From: Smithellaceae bacterium
GTDB lineage: Bacteria > Desulfobacterota > Syntrophia > Syntrophales > Smithellaceae
NCBI GenBank assembly: GCA_963667845.2
Contig: CAXXVL010000002.1
Location: 1,696,001-1,760,000, forward strand
Direction: 5' to 3'
DNA length: 64,000 nt
In this document: piece after piece, positions 48,706 to 58,732 of the stretch
Layout of the letters: every line of letters starts with the position of its first letter
How positions within the stretch are numbered: position 1 is the first letter of the stretch
Program-made: the position numbers and the translations under genes
The notes under the pieces: model-generated
Told to the model about the DNA's origin: nothing
What the model saw: only the letters and a program-made list of their open reading frames with translations
The model's database searches: none

Positions 48706-50658
48706 CTATACATCCCAGATAAAGATTGCGCCGCTCGTCGGAAAAACCCATTCCTCGTTGGAAATTTTAATATCGATGGACTTGCCCTTGACGGCCCGGA
48801 TGTCCGCCTGAGGATGACGGCCGGCAAAAAAGCTTTCCGCCCGGACATTTTTCAGATTGGCGGTTTCGTAGTTGAAGTTGATCTCGAGTCCGCGCGTCGG
48901 ATAGAGAAGATAAACAGGGAAAGTCCGGTTGCCCTTGGCTTTCTTGGTCAGAATTTCGATTTCTATTTTCACTTCCTGATTGATCTTTGATTTGAGCGTG
49001 TCGCTTCCGAACCAGACTTCGTAGCCCCTGTCCGTTATTTTTGCTTCGATGATCGGAATGTCCTCGCCGTCGATGCGCATTTTCTCGACCGTGAAGTCGC
49101 GTTGTATCACCAGGTCTTCGCCGCCGCCCAGAATCCAGCGGTATTCGCAGTGCTCGTCTTCAATCAGGGCTTCCAGTTGTTTGCTGTCGGAAGCGCAGCC
49201 GATCATGAAGAGATCGCTGCGGATGGTTTTCCTGTATTCGACGTGCGTCCGCAGCTGAAAGTAAGCCTCCGCGCGCCGCCGGTGGTCCGCGTCCGGTAAT
49301 TGTGCGATGGTAATGTCGTAGCGGAAAGACGAGCGCAGTTCGAGCTGCCGGTCTTCTTTGCCGAACAGCGTCTCAAACATTTCGTAATAAATCGCATCGC
49401 CCAGTTCTTCGTCGCGGGTGCGGGTCTGCAGGCAGTGGCGGATGATGTTGTCGATGCGGGCGATGGATTTTTCTTCGCCGGGCACAAAGATTCTCCGGAG
49501 CCTCGGTTCCACGGCGTCCGTCTTTCCCTTCTGCAGGAAGACGCGCGGGGCTCGCTTCCCCAGGGCGCACAATACTTCATAACTGATCGTCTCGGCCTTG
49601 GCGGCAATTTCATTGGCGCTGATGTATTCTCCGCCCTGGCGCCCCAGCAGAACCACTTCGTCTCCGACTTCACAGTCGGGAACGTGCGTGACGTCCAGCG
49701 TGCACATGTCCATGGACACGCGGCCGATCACCGGTACGCGCCGGCCGCGGATCAGCGCCTCGCCCCGGTTCGACAGGATAAAGGGGTACCCGTCGCCGTA
49801 GCCCACCGGAATGGTGGCCACACGGGTTTTGTCTTTCGTGATATACGTCCGGTTGTAGCCGATGCCGTAGCCCGCCGGGAATTCCTTGATGAGCACCACG
49901 GTCGTCTTAAACGACATCACGGGGGCCAGCGCGGCTTTGCTTTGGGTCTCTTCCGAAGGATAAATGCCGTACGTCATGATGCCCGGACGCGCCATTTCCA
50001 GTTTGAGCGCCGGGTAATTGAGGATGGCGCCGCTGTTGTCCATATGCCTGACGGGAATGTTGATGCCCGCGCGCTGTAATTCGGCAAGCAGTCCGGAAAA
50101 CAACCGCCACTGCTCATCGTTGTAAGGCGTCATCACTTCACTCGATGCAAAGTGGCTGAAGAGGCCTTCCAGCGTGACATGGGGGAGGGTCCGGATATAG
50201 CGGATCAGTGCCAACGCTTCGCTGTGCATCGTGCCGCCGCGGCCCATGCCGGTATCGATCTCCACGTGAACGGGCAGCGTCCGGGAGGCTTTGGCCAGTT
50301 GCTCTTCGAGGGCGCGGACGAATCCCGCATCGGAGACGGACGGCGTCAGGTGATATTTGATCATATCGGGGATTTCCGACAGCGTGGAAGGCCCCAGAAT
50401 GACGATGGGCGCTTCAATGCCGCTTACCCGCAGTTGAATGCCCTCATCCGCATTGGCCACGCCCAGCATCCGCGCGCCTTCCCGCAAAGCGGCGTAGGAG
50501 ATTTCAATGGCGCCGTGACCGTAGGCATCGGCTTTGACGGTTTGCATGAAATCAGCGCCGTTTCCCAGCAGTCGCTTGATTTCCCGGAGATTGGCGGTAA
50601 AGTTGTCGAGGTCGACTTCCACCCAGCTGCGGTATTTCTGTTCGCTTTTCAGGGGCAT
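48706..50658 (-). CDS. alr: Alanine racemase with ~270 aa C-terminal extension
   Basis: VKADAYGHG (PLP Lys), IDTGMGR, VGYGDG, GRVSMD. Confidence 0.92.
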   Translation of the reverse strand: MPLKSEQKYRSWVEVDLDNFTANLREIKRLLGNGADFMQTVKADAYGHGAIEISYAALREGARMLGVANADEGIQLRVSGIEAPIVILGPSTLSEIPDMIKYHLTPSVSDAGFVRALEEQLAKASRTLPVHVEIDTGMGRGGTMHSEALALIRYIRTLPHVTLEGLFSHFASSEVMTPYNDEQWRLFSGLLAELQRAGINIPVRHMDNSGAILNYPALKLEMARPGIMTYGIYPSEETQSKAALAPVMSFKTTVVLIKEFPAGYGIGYNRTYITKDKTRVATIPVGYGDGYPFILSNRGEALIRGRRVPVIGRVSMDMCTLDVTHVPDCEVGDEVVLLGRQGGEYISANEIAAKAETISYEVLCALGKRAPRVFLQKGKTDAVEPRLRRIFVPGEEKSIARIDNIIRHCLQTRTRDEELGDAIYYEMFETLFGKEDRQLELRSSFRYDITIAQLPDADHRRRAEAYFQLRTHVEYRKTIRSDLFMIGCASDSKQLEALIEDEHCEYRWILGGGEDLVIQRDFTVEKMRIDGEDIPIIEAKITDRGYEVWFGSDTLKSKINQEVKIEIEILTKKAKGNRTFPVYLLYPTRGLEINFNYETANLKNVRAESFFAGRHPQADIRAVKGKSIDIKISNEEWVFPTSGAIFIWDV

Positions 50659-50721
50659 GGTTCGTTTTTCAATCCTTCTTACATGCAAAAGTGGGGAACG
50701 GCGTGTGACCTCGCGTGCCCT

Positions 50722-50747
50722 TCAGGGTATCAGGGTATCAGGGTATC
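50722..50747. repeat. Octamer tandem repeat (TCAGGGTA)x3
   Basis: Directly visible. Confidence 0.8.
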
Positions 50748-50789
50748 TTGCCACCCGTCCGGGTGGTCGCGATCGTCCCCTGCAAATCA

Positions 50790-53054
50790 TTATTTTCGTG
50801 TCATGACAAAGACTCCGTCCCACGGTTCGGCCGGCGGATGCTCTTTGAGATTCTTACACCTTTCAACATACATCGTCGATACGAAATCGCCGGGCCGGAT
50901 GGTGAGAACTTGCCCAAACGCGGCGATCGCCTCGTCCCATTTGCCTTTCCGGTAGAGGACCAGGCTTCGGGCAAAGGCGTCAATCAGAGCTTTAAAGTCC
51001 GGCTCGTCTTTTTTCTCTCCCAGCAATTCGTAAATTTTGACGGGTTTGACTTTGCCTTTGACGCGCACGCCGTCCAGCTCGCGGCAGCACATGATGTCCT
51101 TTACTTTTTCATACGTAAATTCGCTCAGAATAATATTGGTGCCGTATTCCTTGTTGGTCCCCTCCAGCCGCGATCCGAGGTTCACCATGTCGCCCATGAC
51201 GGTATAGTCAAACCGCATCTCGGAGCCCATGTTTCCGACAACCATGTCGCCGGAGTTGATGCCGATGCCGATGTTAAACGAGGGGCGTCCCTCCGCTTTC
51301 CATTTTTCCTGCAGACGGTGCAGTTCCTTCATCATGGCCAGTGCCGTCACGCAGGCCCGGCGGGCGTGGTCCGGCTGATCAAGCGGTGCGCCGAATACGG
51401 CCATGATGGCGTCCCCCATGTATTTATCGAGCAGGCCGTCGTTTTGGAACACCTGGTTGGTCATCGCCGTAAGGTACTCATTGAGCAAGGCGACCAGCTC
51501 TTCGGGCGTCAGCTTCTCCGACATGGTGGTAAAGCCCCGGATGTCGGAAAACAGAACGGTCAGGTCTTTCTTGTCGCCGCCGAGTTTGAGCTTGGCCGGG
51601 TCTTTGAGCATTTCGTTGATGACGGATGCGGTCAGGTAGTATTGAAAGGCTCCCCGGATTTTCTTCTTTTCCCGCTCTTCTTTGAAATAATGGTAGATCG
51701 TGATGCCCAGATAGATAACGATCATCGTCAAAAACGGATACACCAGGTTCAGCCAGACATTAAACGAGATAAAGACGAAGTAATTAATAACGAGAAAGAC
51801 GGCGATAACGAGAAAGGCCCAGAGCATCCCGGATATGGGTCTGAGGCGCGGAATCAAGAGCCCGATGATCAGGCCGAAGATGATGATCATGCAGATATCG
51901 ATAAAGCGCGTCAAAGAGGAATGGCTGAGAAAATTGCGGTGCAGAATGTTGTCGATGACCGTCGCGTGAATTTCGACACCGGGATAGGTTGCGGAAAAAG
52001 GCGTGACCCGCAAATCGTAAATGCCGATGGCCGTCGCCCCGACGAGCACAATCTTATTGCGAAACGTTTCTGCAGGAATTTTCCCTGATAAGATGTCGGC
52101 AATGGGGTAGTGGGGAAAAGTCCGCGGCGGCCCGAGATAGTTGATCAAGAGCCGTCCCGATTCATCCGTAGGGATGAGGATGTCGCCGATGCCGATGTTC
52201 CTTACGCCGTAGGGTTCCAGATTCAGGGATAGTGCCGGAAAACCGAGATAGGCGTGAACGAGCGAAACGGCGAGCGAGGAATAGTAATTGCTGCCGAAAG
52301 CGATGACCAGCGGCGACCACCGGTTGGAGCCGTCGCTGTCGGGAAGCGTGTTGAAATAGCCGCTGTTTTGCGCCGCGTTGTTCAGAACGGCAATATTAGC
52401 CTCCGGCGCATAGGCGCGCGGCAGGAACGCATCGCTCGGGGCATTCGTTGTCGAGTTGATCATGGAATAGCGGGAATTTTCTATGCGGACGGCATTCTGG
52501 GCGATTTTACGCGCGGTAATATGGGCCAGTTCTTTCTCATTGTCCTTGCGCGGAAAATGAAAAAAGTACCCCAGAGTGACGTTGCCCGCTTTTTGCAGGG
52601 AAGAGGCGAGGATCGCATCCGTGTCGGCGGTGCTTCTCTGCCGGGCAAGAAGGTTCAAGATACTCGCATGGGTCATGCCGTTCTTTTTCATTTCGGCGGC
52701 CAGTGCGTCGATGGTTTTCAGATTGGTGTTCGCATCGGGCTCGGAAAAGACGATATCAAAGCCGATCGCCTTGGCGCCTCCCTTTTTTAATTGATCCACG
52801 AGCCTCGCAATGGTCGTTCGCGGCCACGGCCAGCGCCCCAGTTCCGAGACGCTTTTTTCATCAATGGCGGCGATGACGGTTTCTCCCCCAGGATTCAGAA
52901 CGCCGCGGGACGCCATGCGCAAATCCAGGGTCTTGAGTTCCACCAGCCGCAAAAAACGCGAATCAATCAAGAACAGCGCCAGAGCCGCCCCAATCACAAC
53001 AAACGTAATTTTCAGAGGTGTAATCTGCAGAATTGCTTTCAATTTCTGGTGCAT
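50790..53054 (-). CDS. CHASE2-domain class III adenylate cyclase
   Basis: GRWPWPR, PGVEIHA, FSDIRGFT, DKYMGDA, YTVMGDMVNLGSRLEG. Confidence 0.95.
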   Translation of the reverse strand: MHQKLKAILQITPLKITFVVIGAALALFLIDSRFLRLVELKTLDLRMASRGVLNPGGETVIAAIDEKSVSELGRWPWPRTTIARLVDQLKKGGAKAIGFDIVFSEPDANTNLKTIDALAAEMKKNGMTHASILNLLARQRSTADTDAILASSLQKAGNVTLGYFFHFPRKDNEKELAHITARKIAQNAVRIENSRYSMINSTTNAPSDAFLPRAYAPEANIAVLNNAAQNSGYFNTLPDSDGSNRWSPLVIAFGSNYYSSLAVSLVHAYLGFPALSLNLEPYGVRNIGIGDILIPTDESGRLLINYLGPPRTFPHYPIADILSGKIPAETFRNKIVLVGATAIGIYDLRVTPFSATYPGVEIHATVIDNILHRNFLSHSSLTRFIDICMIIIFGLIIGLLIPRLRPISGMLWAFLVIAVFLVINYFVFISFNVWLNLVYPFLTMIVIYLGITIYHYFKEEREKKKIRGAFQYYLTASVINEMLKDPAKLKLGGDKKDLTVLFSDIRGFTTMSEKLTPEELVALLNEYLTAMTNQVFQNDGLLDKYMGDAIMAVFGAPLDQPDHARRACVTALAMMKELHRLQEKWKAEGRPSFNIGIGINSGDMVVGNMGSEMRFDYTVMGDMVNLGSRLEGTNKEYGTNIILSEFTYEKVKDIMCCRELDGVRVKGKVKPVKIYELLGEKKDEPDFKALIDAFARSLVLYRKGKWDEAIAAFGQVLTIRPGDFVSTMYVERCKNLKEHPPAEPWDGVFVMTRK

Positions 53055-53335
53055 CGAGCGTTTGTCTCCTTTGAAAAATCATATCAAACCGCCGGACAAA
53101 GTCAAGTTGTCCTTTGTCGGGCCGCCTGCCGTTTCTGCGGATCTTTTGCAAGGGGACTCTAATGACGACACAGCCTCCTTGGCCTCATGCCCGGCGGACT
53201 TTTCCGCCGGTGCAAAAAAATGAATAAAAAAACAATCAATGCTTGAAAGAAAGAAATATTTGAATTAAAATCAAAAATAATTTGGACAATGGAGGGCGGA
53301 AGTTAAGACCCATCAACAACGAGGAGGGTGTGAAC

Positions 53336-53620
53336 ATGTCAAAAGTTAAATCTGGTGATGTCCTGAGTTGTGAAGTATGCGGACTTGCTGTCATCGTAGA
53401 TGAAGAATGCGGCTGTGCAATAGCCGATGTGATCTGCTGCGATGAGCCGATGGAAAACAAAGGCCCCAAGCCGCCCAAGAAAGCGGCGGCCGCGCCGAAG
53501 AAGAAAGCCGTTGTCAAAAAGGCAAAACCGGCTGTAAAGAAACCGGCTGCAAAGAAACCGGCTGCCCCGAAAAAGGCAGTGAAGAAGCCGGTTGCAAAAA
53601 AGAAAGCGTCCAAGAAATAA
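53336..53620 (+). CDS. Cys-rich (desulforedoxin-like) domain fused to Lys/Ala/Pro histone-H1-like tail
   Basis: GGAGG RBS; CEVCG..CGC..ICCDEPM followed by KKPA repeats. Confidence 0.8.
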   Translation: MSKVKSGDVLSCEVCGLAVIVDEECGCAIADVICCDEPMENKGPKPPKKAAAAPKKKAVVKKAKPAVKKPAAKKPAAPKKAVKKPVAKKKASKK

Positions 53621-53744
53621 TTAGCATAGATAAATCTGACGATAGAGGATCACGTCGGCCCTCGGATTTGCGGGCAGGGTGAATTTTATGGTCAGAGCTC
53701 CGGCACCGGTTTCTGAGCGCATTGAGATTGAGTAGTGCATCTTC

Positions 53745-53936
53745 ATGAAAAAAGCAGTCCGTCAAAACAACGTGGATGCCCGCCGGCTCCCGGCGCAGAA
53801 AATCGGCAGAGATAGTACCTGGTGTGTCAAGTTCGGATATTTTATAGATTTGGATGCCTGCCGGGCGCGCTCTTATCAGAAGCGCGTTTGCCGCCGTTGC
53901 TATGCGTCTTTGCTGCAGGTGCCTCTTCCATTTTAA
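53745..53936 (+). CDS. Possible small four-Cys protein
   Basis: WC..C..CRRC and C-terminal QVPLPF; weak RBS. Confidence 0.4.
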   Translation: MKKAVRQNNVDARRLPAQKIGRDSTWCVKFGYFIDLDACRARSYQKRVCRRCYASLLQVPLPF

Positions 53937-54065
53937 GGCTATTAGGCTGTAGTCTTTTAGACTATTAGGTCTATTTTGTGGGCCTTCGGCCCTTATAAAA
54001 TCGACGCGTTCGCGCCGCTCCACCTAACAGCCTACAGCCTAGTAGTCTAATAGCCTAATAGTCTA
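53936..54065. repeat. Inverted pair of TAGCCTA(A)-type tandem arrays
   Basis: AGGCTATTAGGCTGTAG... left arm, ...CAGCCTACAGCCTAGTAGTCTAATAGCCT right arm. Confidence 0.75.
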
Positions 54066-55586
54066 TCTTCTCCTTCCCAGCAAAGACCCCAGCACACCGC
54101 GGACGATTTCCCGTCCGACGGATGAGCCGATGGTCCGGGCCACGCTTTTGGCCGCAGCCTGGACCAGGCCTTCGGTTTTGCCGCCGCGCGGACCGGTTCG
54201 GCCGAACAATAAATCACCCACCGCGCCGCCCATAATTCCGCCGCCGCTCTGCGCGGGTGCCTGTTGTGTGCCGGGGAGAGGCATCGGCTGGGCGGGAGCG
54301 GGCGCGCCCTGGACGGATGCGCGCAGCTTTTCATAGGCTGATTCGCGGTCCAGCGTTTTTTCATAGTGTCCGTAGATCGTCGAGCTGCTGATAGCCGCCG
54401 ACCGCTCGGCATCGGTGAGAACGCCCAGCCGTGAACCGGGGGCGATGACAAAAGACCGCTCCACGGGAGCCGGCCGGCCTTTCTCATCCAGAAAAGAAAC
54501 CAGCGCCTCGCCGACGCCCAGCTCCGTGATCGCGTCCGCCGTATTGAAAGCGGGATTGGGCCGCATGGTGTCCGCCGCTGTTTTAACCGCTTTCTGGTCG
54601 CGCGGCGTGAAGGCGCGCAGGGCGTGCTGGACACGATTGCCCATCTGCCCCAGAACGGTTTCGGGAATATCGAGCGGATTCTGCGTGACGAAATAAACGC
54701 CCACACCCTTGGAACGAATCAGGCGCACGACCTGTTCGATCTTTTCCAGGAGGGCGGCCGGTGCGTCGGTGAATAAGAGGTGGGCCTCGTCGAAGAAGAA
54801 GACGAGCTTGGGCTTTTCGACGTCACCCACTTCCGGCAGTTTTTCAAACAGCTCGGCGAGCATCCACAAAAGAAAGGTCGAGTAAAGCTTGGGACTGTTA
54901 TAAAGCTTGTCGGCGGCAAGTACATTGATGACGCCGCGGCCTTCACCGTCCGTCTGCATCAAGTCGTCGATGTCCAGCATCGGTTCGCCGAAAAACTTGT
55001 CGCCGCCCTGCTGCGAAAGCGTTAAAAGGCCGCGTTGAATCGCTCCGATGGATGCCGCGGAGATGTTGCCGTACTCGGTGGTAAAGCGTTTGGCGTTGTC
55101 ACCGACAAACTGGATCATCGCCTGCAGGTCTTTCAGATCCAGAAGGAGCAGTCCGTTGTCGTCGGCAATCTTGAAGACCAGCGTCAGAACACCGGATTGG
55201 GTTTCGTTGAGATTCAGCAGCCTGGCAAGCAGAAGCGGTCCCATGTCGGAAATGGTGGCGCGCACCGGATGCCCTTTTTCGCCGAACACGTCCCAGAAAA
55301 CGGCGGTATTGGCGCGCGGCTTAAAGTCCTTGACGCCGATGGATGCGAGCCTGGTGAGCATTTTTTCGGAAGCTATGCCCGGAGCGGCAATGCCGGCCAG
55401 GTCGCCCTTGACGTCGGCCAGAAAAACCGGAACGCCGATTGACGCGAAGGATTCGGCCATTTTCTGCAGGGTAACGGTTTTCCCCGTACCCGTGGCGCCG
55501 GTAATCAATCCGTGGCGGTTGGCCATATTCGGCAGAAGCGTGATCTCTTTGGCTTGGGACATGGCGATGATAAGGGGTGCGCTCAT
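54063..55586 (-). CDS. HerA-like P-loop ATPase (DUF853/YjgR family)
   Basis: [39 protein letters not shown]. Confidence 0.92.
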   Translation of the reverse strand: MSAPLIIAMSQAKEITLLPNMANRHGLITGATGTGKTVTLQKMAESFASIGVPVFLADVKGDLAGIAAPGIASEKMLTRLASIGVKDFKPRANTAVFWDVFGEKGHPVRATISDMGPLLLARLLNLNETQSGVLTLVFKIADDNGLLLLDLKDLQAMIQFVGDNAKRFTTEYGNISAASIGAIQRGLLTLSQQGGDKFFGEPMLDIDDLMQTDGEGRGVINVLAADKLYNSPKLYSTFLLWMLAELFEKLPEVGDVEKPKLVFFFDEAHLLFTDAPAALLEKIEQVVRLIRSKGVGVYFVTQNPLDIPETVLGQMGNRVQHALRAFTPRDQKAVKTAADTMRPNPAFNTADAITELGVGEALVSFLDEKGRPAPVERSFVIAPGSRLGVLTDAERSAAISSSTIYGHYEKTLDRESAYEKLRASVQGAPAPAQPMPLPGTQQAPAQSGGGIMGGAVGDLLFGRTGPRGGKTEGLVQAAAKSVARTIGSSVGREIVRGVLGSLLGRRR

Positions 55587-55697
55587 GAAGTCTCCTTTTT
55601 CAGATCCGTCGGTCGGGCCGGTGCTGTCTTCCTTATATTTTGGCGAAACTATAAGAAGACGCTCCGGATAAGTCAATGATGAAAAAAAGCTTCGGGG

Positions 55698-56177
55698 TCA
55701 GCGATTGTCTCTCAACGCCGCTTCGTATTGCCCGGGGTCATAACCGATAATGGATCGGCCGTTGACAACGGCAAAAGGAACCCCTCTGGCTGGTGTGAGC
55801 CTTTTCATTCTTTGGGCCGCTTCACGGTCCGTCTCCACGTCATATTCGTTAAAGCGGATGCTGCGGGCGGTAAAGAAGGCTTTTGCTCTTTTGCAGGCGG
55901 AGCACCATCGTGCGGTGTACAGGTCCACTTCATGATCCCTGTCAGGCCGGTCGACGGTGCGGGGCGACGCCGCGGGCCTCTGCGGAGAGGAAGGCACGGA
56001 CCGGTCGGCATTGGACTCGGTGGGGTGAACCTTGAGTTTCTTCACCGATTTGGATGGCGGGCGATAATCGGTGATGTGAATATTCCCCTCCTCATCTTCC
56101 CATTTATAAAAATCGGCCTCGGCAAGGCTTACGAATAGAAACAGCGTCAAGAGAAAAAACAGGAATACTCTGAACAT
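55698..56177 (-). CDS. Exported DUF4124 + glutaredoxin-like protein
   Basis: YKWEDEEGNIHITD, WCSAC, GVP. Confidence 0.88.
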   Translation of the reverse strand: MFRVFLFFLLTLFLFVSLAEADFYKWEDEEGNIHITDYRPPSKSVKKLKVHPTESNADRSVPSSPQRPAASPRTVDRPDRDHEVDLYTARWCSACKRAKAFFTARSIRFNEYDVETDREAAQRMKRLTPARGVPFAVVNGRSIIGYDPGQYEAALRDNR

Positions 56178-56194
56178 GCAGACCTCCAAGATTT

Positions 56195-56293
56195 GATCCC
56201 GCTGCCGCCCGACGAGAGCTAATTCCCTGTCGCTTGCTGCGATATAATAACGTTCATTTCATACCTCGACGGTTTGCTGCGAGGTGGTTGATT
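56195..56293 (+). repeat. Dispersed ~99 bp element, copy 6
   Basis: Alignment to other copies. Confidence 0.88.
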
Positions 56294-56301
56294 AAAACGC
56301 A

Positions 56302-58170
56302 TTACGATGCGCCGGGGCCGGTTTCAGAAGAGCGCTTGCCGTCAATCGTCCGGCGCACCGCGTGAGCCAGTTGATTCATAGTGTAAGGTTTCATCAAAAA
56401 CTCCCGGACGCCCAGTTTGAAGGCATCATCACGGGAGGTTTGTTCACAGTATCCTGTGCACATAATAATAGGGGTCTCGAGCCTGAGCGCAAGAATTTTC
56501 TCCGCAAGCATTTCGCCGGAAAGGTGCGGCATGCTCAAATCGGTGATGATGGCGTGAAATCGCTGAGGGTCGGCGATAAAGAGATCATACGCTTCAACGC
56601 TGCTTGTTTTACCGACAACCTGATAGCCCAGCCTCTCCAGCATTTCACCGGCTATTTCGCACAGGGTAGGTTCATCATCGATGTAGAGAATGGTTTCCGT
56701 TCCAGTGGGCATCGCTTCTTCTTCCCGGGATCTTTCCGGATTTCGCCGGTCTTCAATTTCGGGGAAATAGACATCAAAAGAAGATCCCGACCCCGGTGTG
56801 CTGCAGCACGAAATCAAACCTCCGTGGCCCTTGACAATACCGTAGACGACCGAAAGCCCCATCCCCGTTCCGCGCCCCGGCTCCTTGGTGGTGAAATAAG
56901 GTTCAAATATGCGCGCGGCAATCTCGGGTGTCATGCCGTGACCGGTATCGCTGACCGTCATTTTCAGATAAGGCCCTGCCTGAAGATACAGGTCGTCCGG
57001 CGTCGCGGGTTCATCGAGGTACTCCCGCGTCAGGCGGACGTCCAGCACTCCGCCGTCTTTGCCCATGGCGTGGATGGCATTGCTGCAGAGATTCATGATG
57101 ATCTGATGGACGTAGAGCGAACTTGACAGAATCATGCCCGAAGCATTGTAGGTTTGCGTAACTTTGATATTGGCCGGGATCAGCGAATGCATCATTTTGA
57201 GCGCATCGGAAACGGACTCGCCGAGCTTAAGAGGCACTCTGAGGACTTCGGTCTTGCGGCTGAAGACCAGAATCTGATTGATCAACTCTCTGGCGCGTTC
57301 GCCGGCATGAATGACCTGGGTGATTTTTTGTTTGGTTTTTTCAGGGACCGCTTTGTCGTCCAATGCCAGTTGTGAATATCCGGTAATAACGGATAAAATA
57401 TTGTTGAAGTCATGGGCAATGCCGCCGGCCAGCTCTCCTACGGCTTCCATCTTCTGGGCCTGGTCCAGATCGGTCTGGAGACGCTTTTTTTCATCCTCGG
57501 CTTTCCGGCGCTCGGAAATCTCGTTTTGCAATTCTGTGTTGGCGGATTGCAGGTTCCTGGATTCCAGCGCGAGTTTTGTGCTGAGATTATGTTCCTGAAT
57601 CAGGAGCCTGTTCATTTGATTCAGGAGCAAACCCACCGGCATGCTTGCAAACAGGGAGACCAGCGAAATATTTGCCACAAACATGATCCAGGTTGCCGGG
57701 GGGTCCCGATAGACCGGAGCCCAGGCCGGGAGGTGAGGGCCAACCAGCCAGTATAAGAGCATCAGTAAAGCGGCGTTGACGGCGGTTGTGATCGCGGCGG
57801 CCCGAACGCCAAAGAGAAAGGCGGCGCTGACCGTACACATCACCAGCCAGCCCGAACGGGCATACAAAGGGCCGAGCATGATGATAAACATCAGCATGAG
57901 TCCGTAAAGCAGCGCAAAAAATATTTTCACGGACGGAGCGGAGTAACGGAAGTGTATGGCCGTGGCGATGAGGAGGATGGCGCCGATGTCCAATGCGAGC
58001 AGAACCTGTTTCCCCTGGGCGAGGAAGGTGGGAATGGAAAAGGCAAACCCGATCGGGAAGACGATTAAGGCGAGAAAGAGCATGACCCTGATATAGTAGA
58101 TGCGCCATCCGGTAAGATCCTGAAATTCAGCGCGGGGCAAAACCCTTTCGAATAATTTTTTAACGACCAT
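56302..58170 (-). CDS. Membrane hybrid sensor histidine kinase with receiver domain
   Basis: AHDFNN, NLCSNA, DTGHG, GTGMGL, IDDE, TDLSMP. Confidence 0.94.
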   Translation of the reverse strand: MVVKKLFERVLPRAEFQDLTGWRIYYIRVMLFLALIVFPIGFAFSIPTFLAQGKQVLLALDIGAILLIATAIHFRYSAPSVKIFFALLYGLMLMFIIMLGPLYARSGWLVMCTVSAAFLFGVRAAAITTAVNAALLMLLYWLVGPHLPAWAPVYRDPPATWIMFVANISLVSLFASMPVGLLLNQMNRLLIQEHNLSTKLALESRNLQSANTELQNEISERRKAEDEKKRLQTDLDQAQKMEAVGELAGGIAHDFNNILSVITGYSQLALDDKAVPEKTKQKITQVIHAGERARELINQILVFSRKTEVLRVPLKLGESVSDALKMMHSLIPANIKVTQTYNASGMILSSSLYVHQIIMNLCSNAIHAMGKDGGVLDVRLTREYLDEPATPDDLYLQAGPYLKMTVSDTGHGMTPEIAARIFEPYFTTKEPGRGTGMGLSVVYGIVKGHGGLISCCSTPGSGSSFDVYFPEIEDRRNPERSREEEAMPTGTETILYIDDEPTLCEIAGEMLERLGYQVVGKTSSVEAYDLFIADPQRFHAIITDLSMPHLSGEMLAEKILALRLETPIIMCTGYCEQTSRDDAFKLGVREFLMKPYTMNQLAHAVRRTIDGKRSSETGPGAS

Positions 58171-58732
58171 ATTGGACTCCGGCAATCGTTCGATGGCGGA
58201 TGAGCCACAGCAGGTTTCTTATTGCGTTTCTTCAGCGCTTTTGACGTTTGGCGCCGGAAGCCTACCTGATTCTTGATGTGATTGAGGAATCGATTTCCGT
58301 TTCGCGTCCGGTTGGGGGACACGAATAAACCGACTTGACGCTTGCCGGGGAAATTATAGGAAGAACAGGCGTTGTGTCAATAAGAATATTCTTCGGCGGC
58401 GGGTCATTGAATGCCTTATTTCAACCCCTGGGATAAGGGAGTTGTTGTGCACGCGTTTGTCTCTGAACGCAAAGCCCCTTGTGTTGTTTGAGGTAAAAAA
58501 AGCGACAGAGTTTACATCCGCGGGGACGGTTTTCCCGCCCGGGATGATTCCCTCTTCAGACGGCAGCACAGCCCCATGGTTTGTAAGTACTTTAATTTGG
58601 CATTGGTTTCTATTTATGCTATAGCCACTTCGCGATAAGGAAGGGGCATGCATGAGCGTGCCTGAACAAATTTATCCAGGATTACGGCCTTCGATGAGGT
58701 GTTCGTTCGCCCGTCAGCAAAACGGTCCCCGC

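Noticed and set aside
54063..55586. HerA-like ATPase as a defence system
   Set aside because: It looks like the widespread stand-alone YjgR/DUF853 type, with no adjacent nuclease or SIR2 partner
55698..56177. Glutaredoxin-like protein as a selenoprotein
   Set aside because: CSAC uses Cys codons and there is no internal TGA
8538..56293. Repeat copies as a CRISPR array
   Set aside because: Copies are dispersed, ~99 bp and divergent, with no regular spacers and no cas genes
58400..58620. Possible c-di-GMP riboswitch (contains CGCAAAGC)
   Set aside because: I could not find the rest of the GEMM consensus; an Rfam scan would settle it
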